Shown here one piece after another: positions 13,760 to 27,304 of a stretch of DNA of 64,000 nucleotides (position 1 is its first letter; each line of letters starts with the position of its first letter). The stretch comes from Octopus sinensis (Eukaryota). The notes beneath the pieces were generated by a model. That model saw nothing but the letters and a program-made list of their open reading frames with translations. It ran no database searches and was not told the origin of the DNA. The DNA is taken from positions 61,318,001 to 61,382,000 of the forward strand of contig NC_043006.1 in the NCBI RefSeq assembly GCF_006345805.1. Direction: 5' to 3'. The position numbers were made by a program, and so were the translations under genes.

Positions 13760-15778
13760 TGGCATGTTCTTCGTTTTTAAGTGCTCATGAAATATATTCA
13801 TGAATCACCCACTCATCTTAATGTACATAAGTTTTCTTGGTTTACTTTGATTATAATTAATCAAATAAAAATTGTTGAATTTAAGAAAATATCTTTGTAC
13901 AACCCTACAGTTACCTAATGGAGACAGATATGTTTGAAGTAAAACTTGCTAAATGACTTACAGTACTAACACGAATCTTTAGTGAATTGATATAATGGTG
14001 ATGTGACAGACTTCCGAAATAATTATTTAGTTAAACGTGTTCTGACTAAAAGGGAAAATATAATTTTGCAATACCATTAACATTTCACGTATAAAAGGGT
14101 GCATCCTTTTGGCTAGATTCAGTAAACATCTTAAAAAGTAACGAGTGGAAAATTTGTATGAGGTGAGTGGAGTGGACACTAGAACAAATCCTTCAAACAA
14201 CTGTTTTTGCCTGTTAGTTCCTGACACTCTAAGGGAGCCTGACCAGCGTAGGTAGTGACTCTTAGGTGCACTCATGCTGTTATTACATATCACCTTTAGT
14301 GAATTCAGAAACATTGGGTGAAGTTATTGCTTCACCACACAATCCACCGCATAAACTCTCACTGTTTCAAACGGAGTTTGCTTCCTCCTTTTAGTGGCGT
14401 GCTATATTTCATTTCAGTTCTATCATTCATTTGGCATGTTCTTCGTTTTTAAGTGCTCATGAAATATATTCATGAATCACCCACTCATCTTAATGTACAT
14501 AAGTTTTCTTGGTTTACTTTGATTATAATTAATCAAATAAAAATTGTTGAATTTAAGAAAATATCTTTGTACAACCCTACAGTTACCTAATGGAGACAGA
14601 TATGTTTGAAGTAAAACTTGCTAAATGACTTACAGTACTAACACGAATCTTTAGTGAATTGATATAATGGTGATGTGACAGACTTCCGAAATAATTATTT
14701 AGTTAAACGTGTTCTGACTAAAAGGGAAAATATAATTTTGCAATACCATTAACATTTCACGTATAAAAGGGTGCATCCTTTTGGCTAGATTCAGTAAACA
14801 TCTTAAAAAGTAACGAGTGGAAAATTTGTATGAGGTGAGTGGAGTGGACACTAGAACAAATCCTTCAAACAACTGTTTTTGCCTGTTAGTTCCTGACACT
14901 CTAAGGGAGCCTGACCAGCGTAGGTAGTGACTCTTAGGTGCACTCATGCTGTTATTTACATATCACCTTTAGTGAATTCAGAAACATTGGGTGAAGTTAT
15001 TGCTTCACCACACAATCCACCGCATAAACTCTCACTGTTTCAAACGGAGTTTGCTTCCTCCTTTTAGTGGCGTGCTATATTTCATTTCAGTTCTATCATT
15101 CATTTGGCATGTTCTTCGTTTTTAAGTGCTCATGAAATATATTCATGAATCACCCACTCATCTTAATGTACATAAGTTTTCTTGGTTTACTTTGATTATA
15201 ATTAATCAAATAAAAATTGTTGAATTTAAGAAAATATCTTTGTACAACCCTACAGTTACCTAATGGAGACAGATATGTTTGAAGTAAAACTTGCTAAATG
15301 ACTTACAGTACTAACACGAATCTTTAGTGAATTGATATAATGGTGATGTGACAGACTTCCGAAATAATTATTTAGTTAAACGTGTTCTGACTAAAAGGGA
15401 AAATATAATTTTGCAATACCATTAACATTTCACGTATAAAAGGGTGCATCCTTTTGGCTAGATTCAGTAAACATCTTAAAAAGTAACGAGTGGAAAATTT
15501 GTATGAGGTGAGTGGAGTGGACACTAGAACAAATCCTTCAAACAACTGTTTTTGCCTGTTAGTTCCTGACACTCTAAGGGAGCCTGACCAGCGTAGGTAG
15601 TGACTCTTAGGTGCACTCATGCTGTTATTTACATATCACCTTTAGTGAATTCAGAAACATTGGGTGAAGTTATTGCTTCACCACACAATCCACCGCATAA
15701 ACTCTCACTGTTTCAAACGGAGTTTGCTTCCTCCTTTTAGTGGCGTGCTATATTTCATTTCAGTTCTATCATTCATTT
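13760..15778. repeat. Tandem triplication of a 672/673-bp unique unit
   Basis: The unit start ggcatgttcttcg recurs at 13761, 14433 and 15106. The only difference seen is gttattac in copy 1 versus gttatttac in copies 2-3. Confidence 0.98.
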
Positions 15779-16618
15779 TCACATATAACTAGACTGAGCT
15801 CTTCTCAGCTGTCTCTGACTAACGTTTCACAGTCGCTATTCTTTTTTTCACTCTGGATTCCAAGCTGACATGCGACAACATCCGTGCCCCAACTTCCACT
15901 CCTTTCGCTGTGCAAAAGTATCCCTACATTGTCAGTTATTTCCCAAGGTCATCATACATCGTAATTTTGACGTGGTGGTGTTTCTCTACTCGGCTCTTAT
16001 AACAGACTGTAACCGCAACCAAGAGGATTGTGGCATCTCATTCTATCATAGAAGAATATCTTTTCTTTTACTGATAAAATTTCAATAGTTTCGGCGCCAA
16101 TCGGGCGAAGCCTACACATATTTCCTATTCCCCTCCATGTCCAAATATTTTTACGTCCGAGCATCTACTTTGATCCGAACAACTATTCTCTTTTAAACAC
16201 CAGGGCTTATTGAACGGTATAGCTCTTCCAGCACACTTTTTTGTCTTCAAGTACATTTTTCATTAACATTTTACAGTAAGAGAAAATGGTGATCAGCTTG
16301 TCTAGAAACAATAAATTTCTTAAATGGTAAATTATAACCTCATTACAACACCATACGTTATTGACATTTGTTGTTCTGTAGACTCAGCTATTACCAAGTA
16401 TAAATTAAGCATATCATAACATACTGTGCCGTCTGAGGAAAAACAATGCACGATTTACTGTCATACCCACACACACACACACACATACACACACAAACAC
16501 TCACACACATTCTCACACACATACACACACATTTCTATATATAGATATATGTATATATTCGTGAGTGTATGTATGTAAAAATATAGCTGTTTCTCACTCT
16601 TTCTCTATGTATATATGA

Positions 16619-16727
<109 letters not shown>

Positions 16728-17736
16728 TATACATATATACATACATACATACATATATACATACATACTTACATACATACATACACGCACAAACCGTACA
16801 CACACATGCATTAAAAGACATTCAAGATAATCTGATTTAGTATGAAAAATTAAAAATTGATATGGTTTCCGTTCTTGTTTTCACATATTTGTTTAAGTAA
16901 TTAACATTAATGAGTGTTCTATGATAAATCCATACATATACATTTAAGATATATCGCAATTAATTGGACAATATAATAAATGTATTTTGTAATAATAATT
17001 CACTAGATATTCAGTGTACATCAAAAGTAAATTTACGACCAACTATCGATTGGCAAACCATTACAATTTCTAAAAATTTAAATTTCGTTTGAAACTAACA
17101 TTACTAACAATGTATCCACATATCTAAACAGATATCTTTACAAAACATCTCTTTGACATTACAAAAATATCACGTGACTCATGACAAAATTAATATAATG
17201 TGAATTGCATTATGAAATAAAATACTCAATTCCGACGATATTTATAGAATTAAATCTACGATTATGATATTTGATATAATAACGGCTATAATTGTATTTA
17301 CTAGTTGCATAAATGCTCTCACAAAAAAAGCCTTTCCTAAAGTCGTTGAGATAAATGTCTCCGGTTATAAAGGGACACTAAAAAATATTGAAAAACAGAG
17401 AGAAAGACTATCACAAAACCGCAACGAATTCACAATAGGATTATTGAAATTTCGATTAAATATTTTGAATAAATACCTAGCATATAATTTACTGCTAAAA
17501 GATATAGCCTTCACAGTGGTCAAATAGTAGTTGTCTTGGTGAATGTATATGCCCAATGAAGCGCTTACAGATCATGCATATGGCTTATATTAGTCACAAT
17601 GAATCATATTTTGTATATGAAATGATAAGACACGCGGAACGTAATCCGTCGAAATCATGTCCTTGTTTTGGAACGTTTTAAAGTTTGGGCCGATACATAC
17701 ATACATGCATATATACATAATACATCTTTGTTTTTC

Positions 17737-18095
17737 ATGGCTGCCCCCTCGTTATCGTGTATGGCCATCGCACGAAGCTGAACTGTTACTGGTGCAGTGA
17801 TCGAATGTGACTTTTTAGCTCAGCTAAAGATCTACAATGTCTTGTACAGAATTGGCAACTAAAATCTTTACCGGTAATAGCCGGCTGTACTTGTAACTGG
17901 GCTTCATGTACCTTTGCATGTCGTTTAAGTCCTCCTGCCGAATTACACTCTCTTCCACATGCCCGACAGATATAATTAGTATGATGTGTTACACCACCAC
18001 CAGTGCCCAGGTTGTCACTCATCTGTCTCGCTTTATGACTACTGAGGCAGAGTCTTGCACAGACACTGCATGTCAGCATCATAGGAAGACCCTTC
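17737..18095 (-). mobile_element. RTE-type LINE 3' end encoding C-terminal C2H2 zinc fingers
   Basis: ORF 17786-18193: CSVCARLC.., CRACGRECNSAGGLKRHAKVH, CQFCTRHCRSLAELKSHIRSLHQ*. Followed by a short 3' UTR (ggccatacacgataacgaggggcagccat) resembling RTE ends. No upstream exon signal recognised. Confidence 0.6.
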
Positions 18096-18869
18096 CTATG
18101 ATGCATACATACATATATACATACATACATATATACATATATACATATATAATACATATATACATATATACATACATAAATACATACATACATGTGTAAA
18201 TGAGTTGGATAAGAAAGTAATACAAATTAAATTAGCATTACTTTCTGGCTAGATCTTGAGTGTACGTGCATGTTAGCGTGCACGAACACAAACACACACA
18301 CGCACGCACACATGCACGCAAGAACGTACACGCACATACACACACACACACATACATAACATACACAAATATATGTATAGAATGCATGTGCCTATCTGTT
18401 TGAATGCTATTTTAAGCATTGCGGCGTATATAAGCTTTCCTAAAATTCCAGAGAAATTTTAAATCTGACATAAAAATATTGTCAAATATTGTATATCTTT
18501 ATGTGAAAATACGAATTTTAGAATTTTGCAATCATAGTACAAAATTTTCTTTTGTCTGGAAAACTGAAATGAAATGCATTATATTTTAAGGGGATTTTCT
18601 TATACGAAGCGAGAATTTTAAATTCTTCATTTGCTTTTAGTTTTTAAAAAGACAAAAAACATGATTTTAGCGAGTTGGTATTTAGAAACCATGATTAGTG
18701 GTGAAATATTCAGTAAGGATTTCGAGTTTTTATTTAACATTATATCATATAGTTTTATAAATTTAAAAATGTTTAAAGGTCATCATCCATTTGTCATAAT
18801 AATTGACAAATATTGGAATCCGTGGTAAACTACTACACTGGTTTAAACTTTTCCAGGTGAGCAGAACAC

Positions 18870-19110
18870 ATGTTGCGATCGGTGAAATTCTCTTAAGTGC
18901 AACAAAAGTCACCGAGGCTGCAGAAAAATTAACCAGGGATCCACTTCTGGCCGGCTTATCTTTGTAGTTTATATAAACATCTCAAGTGACATCAAACACA
19001 GCAAAATAAGATTAAAATATTTGCATATGACTCCAAGCTAAAGAAAATTATCATTCGAGAAGGAGATCAAATTGAACTCCAGTCAGATCTACATATAGTA
19101 TGCCTACCAA
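18870..19110 (+). mobile_element. CR1/L2-group LINE reverse transcriptase core relic
   Basis: QGSTSGRLIFVVYINISSDIKHSKI (QGS motif, from 18934), then after a frameshift KIFAYDSKL..GDQIELQSDL (FADD motif mutated to FAYD). Confidence 0.75.
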
Positions 19111-20604
19111 CTCTGTGAAATCAGGTAAATTTAGGTAAGGGAATTGTTAAGACGTTCTGAGATTTTGGATTTAGCATTATGCTCAGGTTTTAAGAGATAG
19201 ACTTGATAAAGTATTTGTTGTGGAATGATCCTGATCACACTCACGTGAACAAAAGTGGACTGACGCATTTCAATAAAATATAGAAACTGTGTGAACTGTC
19301 GGCAGTTGGCAGGTAGTAGTTGACAGCATTGATCGTTCGTATTGCATTATTGTGTTAGTTTCATATCGTACCTTCATTTGGCGTATTAAAGAGTAGGTTC
19401 TGCATGAATATGGTAATTTCTCCGACAGGTTATTATAAATAAACATATCCAAATATTTATTTGGGTAATAGTATTCCTACATCCTTGTCCACACCCCAAC
19501 GTCGTCATAACTTTGGGGTGTGCACGTACGTTTGAATATCGCGTCTATCTGCGGTCGGTTAAATAAAGTAGCAGTCAAGAATAGCCGGGGTGTAATCAAA
19601 ATATGAGGTCGAGAGTTTAATTTAGAAATCCAATTTTTTTCCCTACTTTTAATATTTTTTTCATTTTGCTGTATGGTCTGTAAGCGTTATCTTTGGAGCC
19701 GTTTTCTTTATGCATCGGTAAAATAATGGCTAGTGTAACGAATATATTTTGCTACAGAGCATAATCCGGAAACGGAATGTTTAAGGATTATTGAGGATTG
19801 ATGGAAAAGTTTTTATTTATATTGCTTGTGAATGCAGAAAGCTTTTAGTAAAATATCACGAGATATATCTGAGAAATCACCTATGCTTCGACTTATATCC
19901 ATTCAAACGTCACATGATGAAGTATGCTTATTTTTATGAAAGGATAAGTGCTAACGTAACAAGAGAATGCAGAATATTGATATAACATCGAGGAATCTCA
20001 GTAATTCTCAAAAACTCAGTAATAACGTATCGTATATCCATTCAGTCCGTTGACGAAGAATCGTTTAAATGCATTGCTCAATACAATGATGTATTAAAAG
20101 CTAGGGCGTTCAAAAATATACTTCGTTACGTACACAGTAATTCTTAAATACCAAACAAAATATATAGTATTCTAAATGTGTGTGCGCTTGCTTGCGTGCG
20201 TTGTGGTACGTTGTAGCTTAGAGCTGTTTTTGACTTAAATATTGCTGTTATAGGGTGTAGTTATGGTGTCTAGTGAAGAATTGTATAGTGCAATATTAAT
20301 AGAATATAGCCATAAAAAGAAAGAGAAATGGTGAGAAACTAGGGATCATATACACCGAAATTAATACGCTATATAAAAATTTGATCAAAGTTATATACTA
20401 ATGAGATAGTGTCTTATTTGATAATTCTTTAGTTAGATTAAGAGGAAATAAAAAAAAACAAGTGCAAGTAATTTTATTAGAAGGCTTTTTCAATTGTTTT
20501 TCTGAACATGCTAGAGATAGAAGTTATGTGTATAAAACAGTACGTAATTGTACATTTTATATCAAACATATTTGAGCGGAATGTGTGTTAACACAATATT
20601 AAGG

Positions 20605-20992
20605 TCTTTTTCACGTTTCAGTCATTTAACTGCAGCCATACTGGGGCACCGTCTTTCGTTGACGAAATCGACCCCAGAAATTATTTTTTCTAATCCTAGT
20701 ACTTATTCTATCAGTTTCTTTTCCCGAACCGCTAAATTTTGAGAACATAAGCACACAAACATTAGTTGTCAAATGATGGTGGGGGTAAAAACGCAGACAC
20801 ACATATATATACATACATACATAGCTATACGACGGGCTTCTTTCAGTTTTTCTCTACCAAATCTACTCATAAGGCTTTGGTCGGCCGGATGCTATAATTA
20901 AAGACACTTGCTCAAGGTACCATGCAGTGGGAATGAACTCGGAACCATGTGGTTGTTAAACAAGCTTCTTACTCACAGCCGCGACTGCGCCT
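20605..20992 (-). mobile_element. tRNA-derived SINE, family A (copy 2, diverged)
   Basis: Colinear homology to 3351-3743. Confidence 0.8.
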
Positions 20993-21499
20993 ATTTGGGT
21001 CAAGAAAAATATTCGGTGATTATGGAGAAATTAAGTAGCAATAGGGTAACCGTAGACGAGGGACAGCAGTTACCTTTCTTTGAAATGAGACATACTGTGT
21101 TCCTTTGGAAATGTCCGTGTGGGGAGTGGGAGACTAATTAACTCGATGCCTGTCGGAACAACTTTTGTGATGAAATGTCTCAATGTCATGGAAGAGATGT
21201 TTTCAGGATCATTAATCTCGCTTGTTTAAAGCAAGAATTTCCACCCTACAATGCATTGGTGCATACTTAGGGGTAATTTGGTGGTGTGAAACGCGGTAAA
21301 TTTGGAGAGAATTGATCATGGATGCATAGTGTAGAGTACAGCTAGTCATAATTATACAGTGGGAATTTCTGCGGCACTCAGGTTCCAGTCCTTTGTAAAT
21401 GACATGCTGTGTCTTCTCTGACATTTCTGTCATTAGCGTAATAGTGTCTTTATCTTGGACGGTGATTGTCATGTTCGTTTCTCCCTTCTAGCATAATCA

Positions 21500-22820
21500 A
21501 CCCGCCCTCATTTCAGCCTTCAGCAGCATCTTATGTTCAGTCTACCTTCCTTCTCGCACCAACACATAGCCAGGTTCAAAGAAAAGCTTTATAACATAGT
21601 TAAGAACGTGAAAATCGGGGAAAAATACCCGCAGAAGAAACAACAAAAACCAAAAAAAAATCAGAAAATTTCTTGGTGATTTCAAGAAAGCTCCAGATAT
21701 AATAGTACCAGCTCACAATCCGGTATCTTTTGGATTGTCAATATAGTGCTACATAAGAAATTGATTACACAATAATTACATATCATGTACAAACGTGAAA
21801 GTACTGAAACGCTAACAAGAATGAACAATAGAGGGATAGAAGTACCCAGGAAGCTAGCTTTACATGATAGAACCGAGGCCTTGGCCCCTAGAAAATCCAG
21901 GATTACGCTAAAAGACCACAAAACTAATTTCACGAGCGAACCCCTTAGACTAATTTGTCCGTCAAAATCCGACGTAGGTAAAATTTCATCAAGGATCGTT
22001 TCCGTAAATTTCATCAAGATGTTTCCGTAAATCAAGTAGGTACTATACAATATTTAATGAACACACTATAAATGTATAATATACAAATCCCCGTAATTAT
22101 AGTGCAATGTGTACATCGGACTGATAATAGAAAATTGAAAGAAGGGTCGATTAACCAAGCCAGTGGATCAAAATGTGGGGTATCCAAAATAAGGAACGAA
22201 CAAAATTAATGAAAGATAATATATAGGATATAACAGTTACAAGGATTAGACGAATACTACTATCCGGATCGAAAATAATCCGATAAAGGTACGTAGTAAT
22301 AGTAAAAGGAATAGTGACATAAATAAAACAGTAACGGTGATGAGAACTGAGGACAACAGTCAAACACATACAACAAAATTTTACAAATGCTCATGCAGCG
22401 ATAAATCAAAGTAACCTTCGAAGAACCTCTGGATGAGTCGCAACGTTGCATATAAATGCACCGTCTACACAAGAGGAGGCTCGTACATGTACCTAGGCTC
22501 AGCAGTTGATTTGTGCAGAAATCGCTAACGGAACCATATATCCAGCTTCAACAAAGTCATCAAAAGGCACTAAACATCATTAGCAAATTTCTTGCGGCAG
22601 CTCAAATCTAATACGATAAGATATAACCTGAATTGCTCCATAATAAGGCAAGCACAATTGTACGATGCCCTTTCCAGTAGATGCAGAATATGCTCCGAGG
22701 AATAGCAATACATTTTGTTGGCTGGGGAAAAGATCATTAATAAATTTTCTGAAAGAATAGTAAGAAGTTTGCATGCTAAGAAATGCGCTTTTGCTCAGTA
22801 TAATAGGCACAATTTAGTAT
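21500..22820 (+). mobile_element. PLE relic: pre-RT region joined to GIY-YIG domain, RT core deleted
   Basis: APRKSRITLKDHKTNFTSEPLRLICPSKSDVGKISSRI (ORF 21785-22030). Then KCSC..RNVAYKCTVYTRGGSYMYLGS..NHISSF..SLANFLRQLK..LNCSIIRQAQLYDALSSRCRICSEE. Homologous to 61.7-62.1 kb. Confidence 0.85.
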
Positions 22821-24719
22821 AATCAGTGACTTAATAATTATCATTTCTGACTTACCTAGATTTATTGATATTTAACCGAAAATTCCTCCGTTGTTAACAC
22901 CTTGCGATACACATTACGAAAAAACATCACTGAGATACTTCACGACCCACTATGTTGTATGCTACCAATATGTTCACTCCTGCATACGCTTCCTGTATGT
23001 CCAATGAGAAATGAACACACCAAAATCCTACGCTCAACAACACAGTATATCGCTACACCGGCTTTGAAGCTTTGCATGGATTATATGTTGCACAATAAAT
23101 TTCTTATTGAATCAGACGTATATGCTCGCAATACCATTAATATAATTAAAGACGGACTACACAAGAACATATAATTATAGACTGCTGTTCGAACAAACAT
23201 GCATGAGCAGAACAGTTAATTGGCAAACACTCTATGTGCATGTAATTATTGCTGTATTAACGTTGTATTATGTCGTGTCGTATCATTGTTTTACTTGGCA
23301 TGTCCCACAGAATACAATATCGGGGCGTGTATGTTTATCTGACTACACATTGGTGTATGCATAAGTCTGTATGTACATATGCATTTGTATAAGCTTAGTC
23401 TATGAAATTGATACTGTACTAATGTATTATGTCGTTTTATTGTTTTATTACATTGTCTTGTACTATCTGGCATGTCCCAACAATTACAACATCGGAACGT
23501 GACTGTGTGTCCAAGTAAACTTAGATATATACATGGATGAGTATGCACACATAAATGTGTACATGTATTTATGCGTGTAGTTATTCCCCCGACACACACA
23601 CAGACTCATGCTCACACACTTACACATATATACATCAGTGAACATAGGTATTTCGGTGTCTTTACGAGTACCTCACTACATAGGTAAATGTGTGTATGTA
23701 TATGTAAACGTGTGTGAACAAAAGCCATAAAAAAGAACCCAATAAACGACAGTCCATTTAAAAAACACTTCAAATTTTTCGTCACATTTTTACACCTGTA
23801 GGACATTACTGAGATGTTATCATTATTATGCATCGAATGTGTAAAATGCATCTCTTCCAGTGATTATTTAAATAAATAATTTGTTACAACTTGCTATCAT
23901 TTTACTCAGTGTGAGTATGCACACCCAACTCGATGGCGCATTTGTGTGTTGTGTTTGTATGCTAGTGTATTTGCATGCGCGTTCTTAGTATAAGTTTTCT
24001 TGTTTTTCAGAGCTAAGCTGTATTTGATCACCTATGTTAATCCAATGTTTGTTCTACAGAGCATCTAAAGAAACCTCAATACATACAAATTTTTGCAAAT
24101 ATAGTGAAACGGATTAATAATCTTGTACAACAAAGGTGTCCTTTCAAAATGTTTCGCAATTTAGAGAAATCACAAATCATGAGGAACTTTAAATTTCAAA
24201 TACGAATTTATATCTGCAAGTAGCATCTGCGTTAAGTTTTGCTGAAGTTACATTTACTCTGAAATATCTTTTGTGATTGCCGTTCTTTCACTGATGATTT
24301 AAATAGCAGGAATTTATGTGAATTCTTTACTCATCAATTTACTTTGCGATTTATATGGACGGATTGTTAGCACGAGTATATCTGCATTCACAAGAAGATG
24401 ATTATGCGAAATATAGGAGGATCAATCATATATAATAAAATGAATTAAAATTAATCTTTTTCAATTGGAAGATGAATTATAATTTGCAACACTGAAAAAT
24501 CTATCACGTAGCCCGATATGCGAAAATATTTAAATCCCAAATGTATATTTTTCGTCTCTTTCCATGTACTTCTCCACATCGAATCTTTCTTTACATTGCA
24601 AGCGTGAAGATACTTATGATACGCTCTATGTTATTATCTAAATCCACGTTACCCTAGAATAATTATGATTATTCACCACATTATTGATTCTTAATGTGTG
24701 AAGGAGTAATTATAATAGC

Positions 24720-25030
24720 TACTTGATAATGGGTATTCGTCTCACAATCGTAAGTTCGTGATTTGATCCCCAGTAGCGCGCTCTGACCGTAAACAAATTT
24801 TTGTTACAATGTTCCAGTCCATTCGGCTAGTAAAAATTGAGTTGTACCTGTAATTCGAAGGGACAGCCTAGTCACATTCTGTATCACGCTGAATATCCTT
24901 GGGGGAGGGGTATGTTGAATGTACTCATGTCAGTGACGTGATCAGCTCCTTGCCGTTTCATTTCACGAGCAGTCTCATCTGTTGATCGGATTAACTGAAA
25001 CACTCATCTTCGGAAATAAGTGAGTGCCAG
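24720..25030 (+). mobile_element. tRNA-derived SINE, family C (degenerate)
   Basis: Shares gttgtacctgta.ttc.aaggg, cacgctgaatatcc and atttcacgagcag blocks with the full copy at 56.36-56.75 kb. Confidence 0.6.
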
Positions 25031-25726
25031 TTAGTTATTCCAATCAATTTTTTTATTGGTGCGACGTGCCGAAAATATTATTATATAACATATTTTTTTT
25101 AAAGTACAATTTGTGTGAAATTCCTGAAAGCACTACGGAAATATTAAGTAAAATACTTTACTTAATATTCATCTAATAGAATATGTGAATTTTGTTTCAC
25201 ACCCTCACGTCTTAGTTCTTCACACTGAAATGTCAAGAACTAAGTTAATCAGAAATTTCTGTGCCACTTGAAATCCTCGCGTTATGCATATACATACATA
25301 TATATTACAATATACATATAAATGCATTTATATAAACATACACACACATGTATATATATGTATATTACTATATAAATGTAAATAGATTTACATAAGCATA
25401 CACACAAGTACACAGACACACATATATATGCATATATATGCATACATACATACATGCAAACGTGCACGTAAATACATCAGAGTTTCTCTACTTTTCTATT
25501 GAACATCTTCAAATTACGGGAGCGCAAAATAAGAATTAGCAATAATTATTAAATACAAAACAAAAAATGAACCTAAACATGTCATTGTATCCTATCCTTC
25601 AAAGTCATTGTATTCTATCTGTAGCGAATCATTAACATTTTTATCATTTTTCTGAACCTTCATAGGTTCATTTCTGTAGCAAATGAAATGCATTATCAAG
25701 TAGCTATCATTATTACACTTGTGCTA

Positions 25727-26686
25727 GTAGGTCGTCAAGTACGAAATTTGTAGTAATGTTTATGGTAAAAGTCGACAGCCGCTCATTTTCCGCCATTATC
25801 ATATTTTGACAATCTTTATTCTTTGTTAGAAAGCTGAAACATCTATTTCGTTATTCGAACTCATTTTGCGTTTTATAAAGTATTTATATATGGTTTTTGC
25901 TATTTTCGTTTAGAGACGGATAATTCGGAAATTTGTACAGTTTTGAAATATGAGTTCTTTCTTGGAAATACAGCATCGCAGATAGCTCAGAATATCAATG
26001 GAGTACTTCATTCTAATGTGATTTCACAGCAGAGTGTATCAAAATGGTTTGGAAAATTTCGTTCTGGTAACTTTGACCTCACAAATGAGCAACGCGGTCG
26101 ATCAGAAACAAAGATAGATAATGACGTTGTTGTTGTTCGGTGTCAACAATATTGACTCACCTAGTTCAAATCGGTAAAGTGAAAAACTTAGATAAGTGGG
26201 TTCTACATGAAAATCAGAAACAACAACTTTTGGAAGCCTGCATTATGCTACTTTCTCGCCATAAAAAGTAATCATTTTTGAATCGCATGATAACTATTCA
26301 TTTAACCTGGTTCATAAATCACGGCCGAAGTATACAGCAGCCAACTGGACCAAATGATGCAGAAACTTACAAAAAAGTCTAGATTAGTCAATAGATACAC
26401 TTCTATTTTATTGCAAGACAACGCCAGACCACACATCGCAAAAATCCATCATACTCACCTGATCTTAACCCTATTGACTACCGCTTCTTCCAGAATTTTT
26501 ATAACATTTCGATAGGAAAACACTGAATTACGATGATGCTATCAAACAGGCCTTCCAAGATTTTATTGACTCTAGATTGCCAGGCATTTACAATATGGAT
26601 GCATAATTTGATGAATAAAACTATTCCTTGTATTCATGAAACACATTTTTTTTTCTTTTCTACAAATTTAATTCTTGACTACCTAA
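25727..26686 (+). mobile_element. Internally deleted mariner transposon
   Basis: Imperfect TIRs gtaggtcgtcaagtacgaaatttgtag / ctacaaatttaattcttgactacctaa flanked by TA. Encodes YEFFLGNTASQIAQNIN..VSKWFGKFRSGNFDLTNEQRGRSETKIDND (HTH), LDKWVLH and DLNPIDYRFF. Confidence 0.9.
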
Positions 26687-26737
26687 TACGAACAGAAAGA
26701 ACATCACCTAGTTTTACTTTGAAATGTATAGAAAATG

Positions 26738-27304
26738 ATATAGATGCTTTCGATCTAATTTGCATTCTTTACTTCAAATTTGAATTCTTTGCAATCAAAT
26801 TTGAATCCTTTGCCATCAAATTTGAATATTTCGATTGATGCTCAAGCCTTAAAAAAAAGATAGTTAAACTACATCAGCCGTAAAGGAATACATGTCTATC
26901 TTATCTAACTCGTCCAGTAGAGCCCACCAATTGATATCTGAAAAGTTCGATGAAATAACTCATGAACACTGCGATAGCTTCTACCAAAAGATGCTCCGTT
27001 ACGTCGACCGGTCTGAACAAGGGGAGATAATAAATGAATGATTCTTCTTCTATTATCTCCCCTTGTTCAGACCGGTCAACGTTACGGAACATCTTTTGGT
27101 AGAAGCTATCGCAGTGTTCATGAGTTATTTCATCGAACTTTTCAGATATCAATTGGTGGGCTCTACTGGACGAGTTAGATAAGATAGACATGTATTCCCT
27201 TACGGCTGATGTAGTTTAACTCTCTTTTTTTCAAGGCTTGAGCATCAATCGAAAAATTCAAATTTGATGGCAAAGAATTCAAACTAGATCGAAAATATCT
27301 ATAT
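26738..27304. repeat. Long inverted repeat / fold-back, ~230-bp core arms, 18-nt spacer
   Basis: 26805-27032 is the reverse complement of 27051-27280 with about 8 substitutions and no indels. Outer ends atatagat..tcgatcta / tagatcga..atctatat. Confidence 0.97.

Noticed and set aside
14116-14168. Possible 46-nt exon ending in AG|GTGAGT in each triplicated unit
   Set aside because: An 8-mer donor match is expected by chance in 64 kb. The acceptor is weak and no partner exons were found.
14027-15620. 82-95 aa minus-strand ORF repeated three times (MSAPKSHYLRW...)
   Set aside because: It recurs only because of the DNA triplication. No recognisable motif, and its length is compatible with chance.
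19487-19525. 10-bp GC-rich hairpin cacaccccaa/ttggggtgtg, considered as a Helitron 3' end or terminator
   Set aside because: No CTRR terminus downstream and no second copy. An isolated short stem.
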